Shown here one piece after another: positions 1-10,124 of a stretch of DNA of 64,000 nucleotides. The notes beneath the pieces are model-generated. The model worked only from the letters and a program-made list of their open reading frames with translations. It was not told the origin of the DNA and ran no database searches. Every line of letters starts with the position of its first letter. The stretch's first letter is position 1. Origin of the DNA: Caulobacterales bacterium (GTDB taxonomy: Bacteria; Pseudomonadota; Alphaproteobacteria; Caulobacterales; Caulobacteraceae); assembly GCA_038323535.1 (NCBI GenBank), contig JBBQGZ010000001.1, positions 992-64,991 on the forward strand, given 5' to 3'. Made by a program: the position numbers and the translations under genes.

Positions 1-305
1 TCAGCGCGGGCATAAGTGGTCAGGGCGCGACCCGGGCGCAGATAGTCGATGGCGATGTCGATGGTCCGCGGTCGGCGACGCTGGGGCTCGCGGAGGGAGA
101 GTTGGGTCAACGCGGTCATTTCCATGAATGCCCCGAGTACGCCGCCGTGCAGGGCCGGCAGCATAATATTGCCTACCAGATGAGGCGAGAACGGCAGGAT
201 GGCGGTCATCTGCTCACCCGCCAATTCGGCGGTCATGCCGAGAAAGCGGGCGTAGGGTATGGTGGCCAGGAGCTCGGCCAGCCGTTCGGAATTGGGCAGG
301 CTCAA
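1..305 (-). CDS. PaaI-family (hotdog-fold) thioesterase, 3' end outside the window
   Basis: Hand translation from TTG at 305 (overlaps upstream TGA): MSLPNSERLAELLATIPYARFLG...LPALHGGVLGAFME...TIDIAIDYLRPG; HGG hotdog motif. Not in the ORF track because it is open at the edge. Confidence 0.85.
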   Translation of the reverse strand, partial: MSLPNSERLAELLATIPYARFLGMTAELAGEQMTAILPFSPHLVGNIMLPALHGGVLGAFMEMTALTQLSLREPQRRRPRTIDIAIDYLRPGRALTTYARA

Positions 306-754
306 GCGCCAGCGCCTCTGGGCATGGCGCCGCCGAGCACGAACGCCGCCTGGGCGGTGGCGACCGGATTGTCCTCATCGTTTTCGAACGCGCTGGCGCG
401 AACGAAGCCAATGGCCCGCGTCAGCCGGTAGCATCGCGCGCGGGCGGTGATGTCCTTCCCCGGCTCCGCGGCGCGCATGTAGTCGATGCGCAGATCGAGC
501 GTCGCCGTCGAGGTCAACGCCGGGGCGGCGGAGGCCACGGCCAGCCCGCAGACATGGTCGAGCAGCGTGGTGAGAACGCCGCCGGCGAGAACGCCCGTGG
601 CCGGATCGCCCACCAGGTCGGCGCGGTAGGGAACCACCATCGCCGCGTCGCCGGGCTCCACCGACACCAGTCGAAGGCCCAAGGCCACCGACTGGGGCGT
701 TCCTTGCGCCATACGGGCGCCCAATTCGGCGAGGGCCTTGGGTTCCAGGGTCAT
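302..754 (-). CDS. PaaI-family thioesterase
   Basis: 150 aa; GVLAGGVLTTLLDHVCG and ATLDLRIDYMRAA motifs; tandem with a second PaaI gene. Confidence 0.85.
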   Translation of the reverse strand: MTLEPKALAELGARMAQGTPQSVALGLRLVSVEPGDAAMVVPYRADLVGDPATGVLAGGVLTTLLDHVCGLAVASAAPALTSTATLDLRIDYMRAAEPGKDITARARCYRLTRAIGFVRASAFENDEDNPVATAQAAFVLGGAMPRGAGA

Positions 755-799
755 GGGCGCTTATAGGAACAAACGGTCCGCGCCGCCTATACTAAGTCG

Positions 800-1807
800 G
801 TGATCAAACCGCAGGCCCTCCTATGCCCCAAGCCCGCCGGCCTCTATTGCCCGCCGGGGGATTTCTACATCGATCCCGTGCGGCCGGTGGCGCGGGCGGT
901 GATCACCCACGGCCACGCCGATCACGCGCGCGCCGGCCACGGGGCGGTCATGGCCACCGCCGAAACCCTGGCGATCATGGGCGTGCGCTATGGCGAAGGC
1001 TTCGCTGGCGCCGTCCAGGCGCTCGCCTACAGCCAGACCGTCGCCATCGGCGGCGTGGAGATTTCCCTCGTCCCCGCCGGCCATGTGCTGGGCTCGGCTC
1101 AGGTGGTCGTGCGCTGGAAGGGTCTGACCATGGTGGTCTCGGGTGACTACAAGCGCCGCCGCGACCCCACCTGCCCCCCGTTCGAGCCGACCCTGTGCGA
1201 CGTCTTCGTGACCGAAGCGACCTTCGGCCTGCCGGTGTTCCGCCATCCGCCCGACGGCGAGGAGATCGCCAAGCTACTGCGCTCGGTGGCCCGGTTCCCG
1301 GAACGCGGCCATCTCGTCGGCGTCTACTCCCTCGGCAAGGCCCAGCGCGTGATCCGCCTCCTGCGCGAAGCCGGCTGGGATCGGCCGATCCCGGTTCACG
1401 GCGCCCTGGAGCGGCTCAACGCGCTTTACGCCGGCTTCGGGGTCGAGCTTGGGCCGCTCGAAGCGGCCACGAGCCAGACGAAGCAGGATTTCGCCGGCGC
1501 GATCATCCTGGCGCCTCCGTCGGCGCTGGCGAGCCCGTGGGCGCGGCGATTCGGCGATTCCGTCGACACCTTCGCCTCCGGTTGGATGCGGATCAGGGCT
1601 CGGGCGCGCCAGCGCGGCGTCGAACTCCCGCTGATCATATCCGATCATGCCGATTGGGATGAACTGACCGGAACCATCGCCGAGATTCATCCAGGCGAAG
1701 TGTGGATCACCCACGGCCGCGAGGAGGCCCTGGCCCGCTGGTGCGACCTCGCCGGCATCCCGGCCCTGCCGCTGGCGCTGGTGGGCTATGAGGACGAGGA
1801 GGAATAG
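800..1807 (+). CDS. Ligase-associated DNA damage response exonuclease (metallo-beta-lactamase fold)
   Basis: ITHGHADH, AGHVLGS, SGDYK, TEATFGLP and SDHADW motifs; close to an ATP-dependent ligase. Confidence 0.9.
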   Translation: MIKPQALLCPKPAGLYCPPGDFYIDPVRPVARAVITHGHADHARAGHGAVMATAETLAIMGVRYGEGFAGAVQALAYSQTVAIGGVEISLVPAGHVLGSAQVVVRWKGLTMVVSGDYKRRRDPTCPPFEPTLCDVFVTEATFGLPVFRHPPDGEEIAKLLRSVARFPERGHLVGVYSLGKAQRVIRLLREAGWDRPIPVHGALERLNALYAGFGVELGPLEAATSQTKQDFAGAIILAPPSALASPWARRFGDSVDTFASGWMRIRARARQRGVELPLIISDHADWDELTGTIAEIHPGEVWITHGREEALARWCDLAGIPALPLALVGYEDEEE

Positions 1808-1822
1808 GCGCCGCCGTTCCCC

Positions 1823-2740
1823 CTATTTCGGCCGGTGCGTCATCGGCCGCAGGAAAATGCGCCCGATCCGAGAGTCGGAGGCCTGCACGCGGTCGCTCAG
1901 GGCCTGAGCGGCGGTCTGGATTTCATCGCCGCTGAGGCCGTCACGGAATTCCAGGGTGACGCCGATGAGGATCGATTCGGGGCCCAGATGCAAGCTCAGC
2001 AGTTCATCGACCACGGCCACGTCGGGATCATTGTCGAGGATCCCGCGCACCGCCGCCACCACGCGCGGCGCGGCGGCTTCCCCGGCGATCAGGCTGCGCA
2101 CCTCATTGGCGAGGAACAGCGACACCGCCGCCAGCAGCAGGCCGATGGCCACCGAGGCCGCGCCGTCCGCCCACGCCAGGTGGAAGATCGCCGCCCCGGT
2201 GACGCCGGCCGCCGCGATCGCCAGGCCCACCAGGGCGGCGGCGTCTTCCAGCAGGGTGGCGAACAGGCTGGGGTCCTTGCTCAGCTGAAGGAACCGCCAG
2301 AGGCGGATACGGCGCCCGTGGACCGTGCGCCGAAACTCCCGATAGCTGACGACGAAGGACGTGCCTTCGAAGATCGCCGAAACGGTGAGGACCAGATAGT
2401 TGACCCAAGGCCGCGACAGTTCTTCCGGGTGGAGAATCCGCTGGACGCCCTGGTAGATCGAGGCCGCGCCGCCCAGGGCGAAGATCAGCAGGGCCACGGC
2501 GAAGGACCAGAAATAGGCCTCCAGGCCATGACCGAAGGGATGGTCCTCGTCCGCCGGCCGGCCCGCCCGATGAATGCCGACCAGCAGGAAGACCTGGTCG
2601 AGGATGTCGACCAGGGAATGCAGCGCCTCGGTGAGCATGGCGCTGGAGCGGGTGAACAGGAACGCGGCGAACTTGATCAGGGCAATGGCCAGATTGCCGC
2701 CCAGGGCGACATAGACGACCCGCTTCGATCCCTCCGCCAC
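1823..2740 (-). CDS. Cation diffusion facilitator (CDF) transporter
   Basis: SSAMLTEALHSLVD, HPFGHG, several TM helices; probable start GTG at 2740 (the longer ORF overlaps the ligase). Confidence 0.88.
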   Translation of the reverse strand: MAEGSKRVVYVALGGNLAIALIKFAAFLFTRSSAMLTEALHSLVDILDQVFLLVGIHRAGRPADEDHPFGHGLEAYFWSFAVALLIFALGGAASIYQGVQRILHPEELSRPWVNYLVLTVSAIFEGTSFVVSYREFRRTVHGRRIRLWRFLQLSKDPSLFATLLEDAAALVGLAIAAAGVTGAAIFHLAWADGAASVAIGLLLAAVSLFLANEVRSLIAGEAAAPRVVAAVRGILDNDPDVAVVDELLSLHLGPESILIGVTLEFRDGLSGDEIQTAAQALSDRVQASDSRIGRIFLRPMTHRPK

Positions 2741-2801
2741 GCGGTGTTCCCCTGCAAAGCCCGCTCCGATAGCACGCGCCGCCCTATATTTCCTTAAACC
2801 C

Positions 2802-4415
2802 ATGCGCGCCTTTGCCCATCTTCTCGACCAGCTGTCGCTGACCGCCTCGCGCAACGCCAAGCTGACCCTGGTGCGCGATTTCCTGCGCGAGACACCCGAC
2901 CCCGAGAGAGGCTGGGCGCTGGCGGCTCTGACCGGCGAGCTCACCTTCCACGTCGCCAAGCCCGCCGCCATCCGCAAGGCGGTGGAGGCGCGGATGGACG
3001 CCGCCCTGTTCGCCTGGTCTTACGACTACGTGGGCGATCTGGCTGAGACGGTGGCCCTGGTCTGGCCCGCCAGGCCCGGGGCCAACCGCGAGCCGGATCT
3101 CGCCGAAGTGGTGGATGCCCTCGGGCGCGCCGCGCGGTCCGAGGTTCAGAGTCTGATCGAGAGCTGGCTCGACGCGCTGGACGCGGACGGCCGTTGGGCG
3201 CTCCTGAAACTGGTCACGGGGGGCCTGCGGGTGGGCCTCTCCGCCCGGCTGGCCAAGCAGGCCGCCGCCGACCTGGGCGGGGCGTCCGCCGCCGAGGTGG
3301 AGGAACTGTGGCACGCCCTCCATCCTCCTTACGAAGACCTGTTCTCATGGTTGGAGGGCCGCGCCGATCGCCCGGCCTCCGACGCGCCCGGGCGCTTCCG
3401 ATCCGCAATGCTGGCCCAGGCCATCGACGAAGCGGTGGATTTCGCCAAGCTCGACCCGGCCGACTACGCCGCCGAGTGGAAATGGGACGGCATCCGCGTC
3501 CAGGCGGTCAGCGAGGCGGGCGCGCGGCGGCTCTACAGCCGAACCGGCGATGATCTTTCGGGCGCCTTTCCCGACGTGATGGCCATGCTCGAATTCGAGG
3601 GCGTGATCGACGGCGAACTCCTGGTCATGCGCGACGGCGCCGTCGCCCCCTTCGGCGACCTGCAGCAGCGCCTGAACCGAAAGACGGTCGACGCCAAACT
3701 GATGTCCGCCCACCCCGCCGGCATCCGCGCCTACGATCTTCTGATGCAAGGGGATCACGACCTGCGCCTCCTGCCTTTCCGCGAACGCCGGGTGCGGCTG
3801 GAAGCCTTCGTGGAGGCGATCCCTTCGCCCTTCGTCGACCTCTCGCCCCTCCAGCCCTTCGAGACCTGGGACGATCTGGCCAGCCTTCGCGCCGCCCCGC
3901 CGGCCGGCGACCCGCGCCGCGCCGAGGGCCTCATGCTCAAGCGATGGGACTCGATCTATCAGGCCGGCCGGTTCAAGGGCCCGTGGTTCAAATGGAAACG
4001 CGACCCGCATCTGGTCGACGCCGTGCTCATGTACGCCCAGCGCGGGCACGGCAAGCGTTCCAGCTTCTATTCGGACTACACCTTCGGCGTCTGGCGTGAA
4101 GACGCGGAGGGCCACCGGTCGCTGACTCCGGTCGGCAAGGCCTATTTCGGCTTCACCGACGAGGAGCTGAAACGCCTCGACACCTTCGTGCGGGAGAACA
4201 CGACCGAGCGTTTCGGCCCCGTGCGGGCGGTCCGCGCCGACCTGGATTTCGGCTTGGTGCTGGAAGTGGCGTTCGAGGGCCTGCAGCGCTCGACCCGCCA
4301 CAAGTCCGGCTTGGCCATGCGCTTTCCCCGCGTTCATCGCATCCGCTGGGACAAGCCCGCGCGGGACGCCGACGAACTGGAGACCTTGGAGCGGATGCTG
4401 ACGGCAAACGGATAG
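2802..4415 (+). CDS. ATP-dependent DNA ligase (damage-response type)
   Basis: Motif I EWKWDGIR, DGEL, EGLMLKR, WFKWK, MRFPR. Confidence 0.93.
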   Translation: MRAFAHLLDQLSLTASRNAKLTLVRDFLRETPDPERGWALAALTGELTFHVAKPAAIRKAVEARMDAALFAWSYDYVGDLAETVALVWPARPGANREPDLAEVVDALGRAARSEVQSLIESWLDALDADGRWALLKLVTGGLRVGLSARLAKQAAADLGGASAAEVEELWHALHPPYEDLFSWLEGRADRPASDAPGRFRSAMLAQAIDEAVDFAKLDPADYAAEWKWDGIRVQAVSEAGARRLYSRTGDDLSGAFPDVMAMLEFEGVIDGELLVMRDGAVAPFGDLQQRLNRKTVDAKLMSAHPAGIRAYDLLMQGDHDLRLLPFRERRVRLEAFVEAIPSPFVDLSPLQPFETWDDLASLRAAPPAGDPRRAEGLMLKRWDSIYQAGRFKGPWFKWKRDPHLVDAVLMYAQRGHGKRSSFYSDYTFGVWREDAEGHRSLTPVGKAYFGFTDEELKRLDTFVRENTTERFGPVRAVRADLDFGLVLEVAFEGLQRSTRHKSGLAMRFPRVHRIRWDKPARDADELETLERMLTANG

Positions 4416-4436
4416 AGCGTGGAAGCCGGCGTTCGC

Positions 4437-5594
4437 TCAGCCGTTGAAGCCGCACACGGCGGCGATGATCCGGTCCTGGAGATTGGGCGCCAGATAGGCG
4501 TGCATGGGCAGGGCGATCACTTTCCCAGCCTTGGCTTCGCTGATCGGCAGGCCGCCAGGCCCCCTGGGATAGCGGGCATAGGGCGCCTGGCGGTGCATGG
4601 GGACCGGATAATAGATCGCGGTGGGGATGCCCTGGGTCTTCAGATGGGCGGCGAGGGCATCGCGGTTCGCGTGTTCGACGACATATTGCGCCCAGGTGGA
4701 AACGCCGCCTTCGATCACCGTCGGGACCGCTAGGCAGCTTTCCGCCAGACCCTCGCCGTAGCGCGCCGCCACGGCTTGGCGTCTCTCGATCTCGTCGGGA
4801 AAGACGGTCAGTTTTTCGAGCAGGATGGCGGCTTGCAGGGTGTCGAGTCGGGAGTTCATGCCGATGCGGGCGTTGAGGTACTTCGGATCGTGTCCAGGGT
4901 CGTCCGCGACGCCGTCGCCGGCCACAGCCTTGCCGTGGATGCGCAGGGAATCCATGCGTTCCCAAAGCGCGGCGTCGCGCGTGAGGACCGCGCCTCCGTC
5001 GCCGTAGCAAGCCAAGGGCTTGGCCGGAAAGAAACTGGTGGTGGCGACATCCGCCCAGCGGATCGGATGATCATTCCACAGGGTGGCGCCGAAGGCCTGG
5101 GCCGAGTCGGCGATCAGCTTGAGGCCGTGGCGCAGGCACACCTCGGCCAGGCGCGGATAGTTGGCGGCTTGGCCGAACAGGTCGACGGCGATCACCGCGG
5201 CGGGCCTGAGCCGGCCCTCGGCCTTTACCGCCTCGACGGCGGCTTCCAGATGCGCCGGGTCGATATTGAAGGTATCAGGCAAGATATCCACGAACACCGG
5301 CGTCGCCCCGGTCCAGGGGATGACCTCGGCCGTCGCGGCGAAGGTGAAGGAGGGGCAGAAGACCGCGTCCCCCGCGCCGATTTCCCAGGCCATCAGCGGC
5401 AGGGCCAAGGCGTCTGTGCCGTTGGCGCAGGTGAGCGCCAAGGGCGCCCCGCAGAAGGCCGCGAGGGCCTTTTCGAGCTCGCGCACCTCCGGCCCCATGA
5501 CGTAGGCCCCGTGAGCCAGGACCCTGGCGATGGCGGCGTCGAGCCCAGGCTTGATCCGCGCCTGCTGGGCGGCCAGGTCGTTGAAGGGAATCAT
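4437..5594 (-). CDS. DegT/DnrJ/EryC1/StrS PLP-dependent sugar aminotransferase
   Basis: MIPFNDL start, ANGTDAL, DSAQAFGA, SFFPAKPL.YGDGG, NSRLDTLQAA. Confidence 0.93.
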   Translation of the reverse strand: MIPFNDLAAQQARIKPGLDAAIARVLAHGAYVMGPEVRELEKALAAFCGAPLALTCANGTDALALPLMAWEIGAGDAVFCPSFTFAATAEVIPWTGATPVFVDILPDTFNIDPAHLEAAVEAVKAEGRLRPAAVIAVDLFGQAANYPRLAEVCLRHGLKLIADSAQAFGATLWNDHPIRWADVATTSFFPAKPLACYGDGGAVLTRDAALWERMDSLRIHGKAVAGDGVADDPGHDPKYLNARIGMNSRLDTLQAAILLEKLTVFPDEIERRQAVAARYGEGLAESCLAVPTVIEGGVSTWAQYVVEHANRDALAAHLKTQGIPTAIYYPVPMHRQAPYARYPRGPGGLPISEAKAGKVIALPMHAYLAPNLQDRIIAAVCGFNG

Positions 5595-5649
5595 GGCGGG
5601 CGCTGATAGGCCCCGCCGGGGCGAGCGGCGACACAAACCCTGTATCGGA

Positions 5650-6165
5650 TCATTTCGGCAAGGTCAGGGTGGCCAGGAAGTCGTCCAGGTCGCCGCCGGG
5701 AAAGCGGGCGCCGGCGATCCCGGCCCGGCGCGCGGCCTCCAGGTCCGAAGCCTGGTCGCCGATCAGGAGTGCGCGCCCCGGATCGATCGCCCAGTCGGCC
5801 AGGGCCTTGAGGATCAGGCCGGGGTTCGGTTTTCGGTCCGGGTGGTCGGGGTGGCGATAGGCGGCGACGATGGCCTCGGCGTGAAAAGGGCAAACATAGA
5901 AGGCGTCGATGCGGGCGCCTTCCCTGGCCAGATCGGCCTGCATGACGGCGTGCAGCCGATCAACCGCCGCTTCGTCGAACAGTCCGCGGGCCACGCCCGA
6001 CTGGTTGGTGACCACGATGACCAGCAGTCCGGCGCGGTTCAGGCGACCGATCGCGCGCCGGGCGCCGGGGGTCCATTCCAGTCGACCGGGATCGCCGACA
6101 TAGCCGTGGTCCAGGTTGAGAACGCCGTCGCGATCGAAGATCACCGCGGCCCGGCTTGCATTCAT
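5650..6165 (-). CDS. gmhB: HAD-IIIA D,D-heptose 1,7-bisphosphate phosphatase (GmhB-like)
   Basis: FDRDGVLN, VVTNQSG, CPFH, RKPNPG, IGDQASD; start may be 6177. Confidence 0.85.
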   Translation of the reverse strand: MNASRAAVIFDRDGVLNLDHGYVGDPGRLEWTPGARRAIGRLNRAGLLVIVVTNQSGVARGLFDEAAVDRLHAVMQADLAREGARIDAFYVCPFHAEAIVAAYRHPDHPDRKPNPGLILKALADWAIDPGRALLIGDQASDLEAARRAGIAGARFPGGDLDDFLATLTLPK

Positions 6166-6232
6166 TGCTTCCCGCATCGCCTCTCGCGCCTTAGGATCGC
6201 GGCGTTCCGATCAGGGATCACGGTAAAGCCCC

Positions 6233-7234
6233 TTGCGACCATCGCCAAAGCCCCTGCGTCTTCTGCCCGATCCCATCGCCTCGGCCGTGCAGACGGTGGC
6301 CGCGGAGATCGAAGGGCTGCGGGTGTTGTCCTCCGCCCTCCAGAACGGCCTGGGCCCTCCTTTCGAAGAGGCGGTGGCGACCATCGCGCGGGCGACCGGC
6401 CGGGTGGTGGTGACCGGCATGGGCAAGAGCGGGCACATCGCGCGCAAAATAGCCGCCACCCTGGCTTCGACCGGCACGCCGGCGTTGTTCCTCCATCCGG
6501 GTGAAGCCAGCCACGGTGATCTGGGCATGGTCGCGGTGGGCGATGTGGTTCTCGCCTTGTCGTGGTCCGGGGAGACGCCGGAACTGCGCGACGTGATCCA
6601 CTATTGCAAGCGCTTCGCCGTGCCCATTCTCGCCATCGCCTCGGAGCCCGGGAGCGCATTGGCGCACGCCGCCGACATCGCGCTCATCCTGCCGCAGGCG
6701 CGCGAGGCCTGTTCCACGACCTCCACCCCGACCACCTCGACGACCATGCAGCTGGCCTTCGGGGACGCCCTGGCCATCGCCCTCTTGGAAGCGCGGGGCT
6801 TTTCGGCCGCGGACTTCCTCAACTTCCACCCCGGCGGGCGCCTGGGCGCGCGGCTGGTCACCGTAGGCGACCTGATGGCGCGGGGCACGGACCTGCCGTG
6901 GATCCTCGACAGCGCGACCCTGTCGGACGCGATAGTCGAGATCACGCGAACCCGCTGCGGAGGCGTCGGGGTGATCGACGGGAGCGGCGCCCTGGTGGGG
7001 GCGTTCACCGATGGTGATCTGCGCCGCGCCCTGCCGGCCAGCGATCTTTCCGCGCCCGTCGCCCGTCACATGACCCGGTCGCCGGTGTTCGTTCATCCCC
7101 ACCTCCTGGCCACCGAGGCCCTGCGGGTGATGAACGAGCGTCCACGGCCGATCATGCTGATCTTCGTCTGCGAGGGTGATCGCCTGGTCGGCGCCGCGCA
7201 CATGCACGACTTCCTCCGCGCCGGGATCGCGTAG
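6233..7234 (+). CDS. kdsD: KpsF/GutQ family arabinose-5-phosphate isomerase (SIS + 2 CBS)
   Basis: TGMGKSGHIARK, HPGEASHGDLG, PTTSTT, FHPGGRLG, TDGDLRR. Confidence 0.9.
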   Translation: MRPSPKPLRLLPDPIASAVQTVAAEIEGLRVLSSALQNGLGPPFEEAVATIARATGRVVVTGMGKSGHIARKIAATLASTGTPALFLHPGEASHGDLGMVAVGDVVLALSWSGETPELRDVIHYCKRFAVPILAIASEPGSALAHAADIALILPQAREACSTTSTPTTSTTMQLAFGDALAIALLEARGFSAADFLNFHPGGRLGARLVTVGDLMARGTDLPWILDSATLSDAIVEITRTRCGGVGVIDGSGALVGAFTDGDLRRALPASDLSAPVARHMTRSPVFVHPHLLATEALRVMNERPRPIMLIFVCEGDRLVGAAHMHDFLRAGIA

Positions 7235-7366
7235 TCGGCTCGGGCCGCCTGACCATGCGTGGGCGTAGCCGCCGCGCGGAATTGCGGCTAGGTAGGCGCG
7301 CCACGGGCGACGCCGCTCCACCCTTGCCGACCTTCGCTCGGTCTTATCTCAAAAGCCTCCTCGCTC

Positions 7367-8569
7367 ATGACCCTTGACCTCGCTGACATTCGGGCCGCCG
7401 CGGGGCGGATCGCCGGCCACGTCGAGCGCACCCCCTGCCGCCGGTCCAGGACCCTGTCGCAGATCACCGGCGCCGAGGTGTGGGTGAAGTTCGAGAACCT
7501 CCAGTTCACCGCCTCGTTCAAGGAGCGTGGCGCGCTGAACAAACTCTCCCAGCTCAGCGACGCGGAGAAGACCCGGGGGGTCATCGCCGCTTCCGCCGGA
7601 AACCATGCCCAGGGCCTGGCCTATCACGGCGAGCGGCTCGGCATCCCGGTGACCATCGTCATGCCCGTCGGCACGCCGCATGTGAAAGTGCAGCAGACCC
7701 GTGACTTCGGTGCGACGGTGGTGATCGAGGGCGACGGCTACGACACCGCCTATGAGCGTGCCATGGCGCTCAGGGACGAGCGCGGCCTGGTGTTCGTCCA
7801 TCCTTTCGACGATCTGGATGTGATGGCCGGCCAAGGCACCATCGCCCTGGAGATGCTCGAGGACGCCCCCGATCTCGAAGTGCTGCCCGTGCCGATCGGC
7901 GGCGGGGGCCTGATCTCGGGCGTGGCCACGGCGGCCAAGGCGATCAAGCCGGACATCGAGGTGATCGGGGTCGAGGCGGCGATGTATCCCTCCTTCACCG
8001 GCCGCATGCGCGGCCTGAACGCGCCCATCGGCGGCCAGACCATCGCCGAGGGTATCGCGGTCAAAGGGGTTGGGCAGCTGAGCTATGGCGTGGCCAGGCC
8101 CCTGATCAGCGATGTCCTGTTGCTGGATGAACCGTTCTTCGAGCGCGCGGTCGCCCTCTACTGCAATGTGGAAAAGACCGTGACCGAAGGCGCGGGCGCC
8201 GCGGCGCTGGCCGCCCTGTTGGCCTATCCGGAACGTTTTCGCGGCCGAAAGTGTGGGCTGATCATCACCGGAGGCAATATCGACCCCCGCTTGCTGGCCT
8301 CCGTCCTGACCCGCGAAATGGTGCGCGCGCAGCGGCTGGTCTCCTTGCGCATCGTCGGCGCCGACCTGCCCGGCATGCTGGCGACGGTGTCCGCATCCAT
8401 CGGCGCTCTGGGGGGAAACATCATCGAAGTCGCGCACAATCGCCTGGCCCTCGACGTCCCGGCCAAGGGCGCCGAGTTCGACATCATGATCGAAACCCGA
8501 GACGCCCAGCATACCCAGGAAATCATGGACGCCCTGCGCGAGGGGGGCTATCCGCCCCGGTCTGTCTGA
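7367..8569 (+). CDS. ilvA: Threonine ammonia-lyase with C-terminal ACT domain
   Basis: KFENLQFTASFKERGA, ASAGNHAQG, PIGGGGLISG. Confidence 0.9.
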   Translation: MTLDLADIRAAAGRIAGHVERTPCRRSRTLSQITGAEVWVKFENLQFTASFKERGALNKLSQLSDAEKTRGVIAASAGNHAQGLAYHGERLGIPVTIVMPVGTPHVKVQQTRDFGATVVIEGDGYDTAYERAMALRDERGLVFVHPFDDLDVMAGQGTIALEMLEDAPDLEVLPVPIGGGGLISGVATAAKAIKPDIEVIGVEAAMYPSFTGRMRGLNAPIGGQTIAEGIAVKGVGQLSYGVARPLISDVLLLDEPFFERAVALYCNVEKTVTEGAGAAALAALLAYPERFRGRKCGLIITGGNIDPRLLASVLTREMVRAQRLVSLRIVGADLPGMLATVSASIGALGGNIIEVAHNRLALDVPAKGAEFDIMIETRDAQHTQEIMDALREGGYPPRSV

Positions 8570-8571
8570 GA

Positions 8572-9066
8572 ATGCCGTTTCGCCGCCCCGCGCTCGCCCT
8601 CCTCTTCGCCCTGGCGCTCTGCGCCTGCGCGCGCACGGCGCCGGCCGCCGACGGATCGGCCGCGGTCAAGGCCTTCCTGGCCAGGAACGCCGCCGCCCCG
8701 GGCATGCACGTCACCCAATCCGGTCTTTAGTACCGCATCCTCCACGCCGGCCCGGCCGGCGGCCCGCGCCCCAAGTCGGCCGACGAGGTCAAGGTCGACT
8801 ACGAGGGCAAGCTCATGAGCGGCGAGGTGTTCGATTCATCCTTTGCGCGTGGGGCCCCGGCGGTGATGACCGTGCGCGACCTGGTCCCTGGCTAGCGGGA
8901 GGCCCTGCAGCTCATGCGCCCCGGCGACGAGTGGCTGCTCTATGTCCCGCCGAGTCTGGGCTATGGCGACAAGGGCGCGGGGCCGATCCCGCCAGGCAGC
9001 GTGCTCATCTTCAAGATCGACCTGATCGGCGTTCTTCCCGACGCGAGTTCGGTGGGGCGCGGCTAA
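8572..9066 (+). pseudogene. FKBP-type peptidyl-prolyl isomerase interrupted by two in-frame TAG codons
   Basis: Signal/lipoprotein-like N-terminus, then TQSGL*YRIL...VKVDYEGKLMSGEVFDSS...LVPG*REALQLM...VPPSLGYG...IPPGSVLIFKIDL; TAG at 8728-8730 and 8893-8895, TAA at 9064-9066. Confidence 0.85.
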
Positions 9067-10124
9067 GGGCGGCTCGGTGACGCCTCGAGGCGTTCCAAGG
9101 CCCACGCAGCCGCCTCGCGCACCGTCTCGCAGGCATCGTTCAACCGCGCCGCGGCGACCGCGACCAGGCCCATATCCCCGGAGTTGCCGACCGCGTACAT
9201 CACATTGCGAACGAAACGGTCGCGGCCGATGCGCTTGATCGGGCTGGCGGAAAAAAGCGCGCGAAAGCCGGCGTCGTCGAGCGCCGCGAGGTCCGCGAGG
9301 GCCGGGGCGCGCAGGGTCTCGCGGGCGTGGAGCCCCGCTTCGCGCGCGGTGGCGGCGAATTTGTTCCACGGGCAGACGGCCAGGCAATCGTCGCAGCCAT
9401 AGATGCGGTTGCCCATGGCCTCGCGGTATTCCAGCGGGATGGGGCCGGCGTGTTCGATGGTCAGGTAGGAAAGGCAGGCCCGGGCGTCGAGCTGATAGGG
9501 TGCGGGAAAGGCCTGGGTCGGGCAGATGTCGAGGCAGGCGCGGCACGTGCCGCAATGGTCTTCCGCCGGTTCATCGGACGGCAGATCGAGGCTGGTCAGC
9601 ACACTGCCAAGAAGGAGCCAGGACCCGAAGTCGCGGGACACGAGATTGGTGTGCTTGCCCTGCCAGCCCACCCCGGCGAGCGCGGCGAGCGGCTTTTCCA
9701 TCAGGGGGGCGGTGTCGACGAACACCTTCACTTCTCCGCCCAGCCGACGTTTCATAAAGCCGGCCAAGGACTTCAGCCGCCCCTTGATCAGGCCGTGGTA
9801 GTCGTTCCCCTGGGCGTAGGCCGAGATCGTGGCGCGCGAGGCCCGTTTCAAAGCCCCGAGCGGGTCGTCGGCCGGGCCGTAGTTCATTCCCAGGGCCACC
9901 GCCGATCGGGCCAGCGGCCACAGGGTGGTCGGATGGCTTCTCCGTCCGGCCGTGGTCTCCATCCAGGTCATGGTCCCATGGCGCCCGGCGGCCACGAACG
10001 CCTCCAGCCGCGCCGACGCGGGCCAGGCGTCGCGAACCTGGGCGAAGCCGCAGGCGTCGAACCCGAGCCGCCGCGCCTCGGCGCGGATCAGGGCGCGGGG
10101 ATCGTCAGAAGTCGAGGTCGTCAT
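9063..10124 (-). CDS. queG: tRNA epoxyqueuosine(34) reductase
   Basis: FVDTAPLMEK, GWQGKHTNL, CGTCRACLDICPT, RIYGCDDCLAVCPWN. Confidence 0.95.
   Translation of the reverse strand: MTTSTSDDPRALIRAEARRLGFDACGFAQVRDAWPASARLEAFVAAGRHGTMTWMETTAGRRSHPTTLWPLARSAVALGMNYGPADDPLGALKRASRATISAYAQGNDYHGLIKGRLKSLAGFMKRRLGGEVKVFVDTAPLMEKPLAALAGVGWQGKHTNLVSRDFGSWLLLGSVLTSLDLPSDEPAEDHCGTCRACLDICPTQAFPAPYQLDARACLSYLTIEHAGPIPLEYREAMGNRIYGCDDCLAVCPWNKFAATAREAGLHARETLRAPALADLAALDDAGFRALFSASPIKRIGRDRFVRNVMYAVGNSGDMGLVAVAAARLNDACETVREAAAWALERLEASPSRP

Noticed and set aside
8572-9066. Genome-wide TAG reassignment
   Set aside because: TAG ends many well-conserved genes at the expected position (rpsA, ihfB, trpF, folC), and the two FKBP sites call for different residues.
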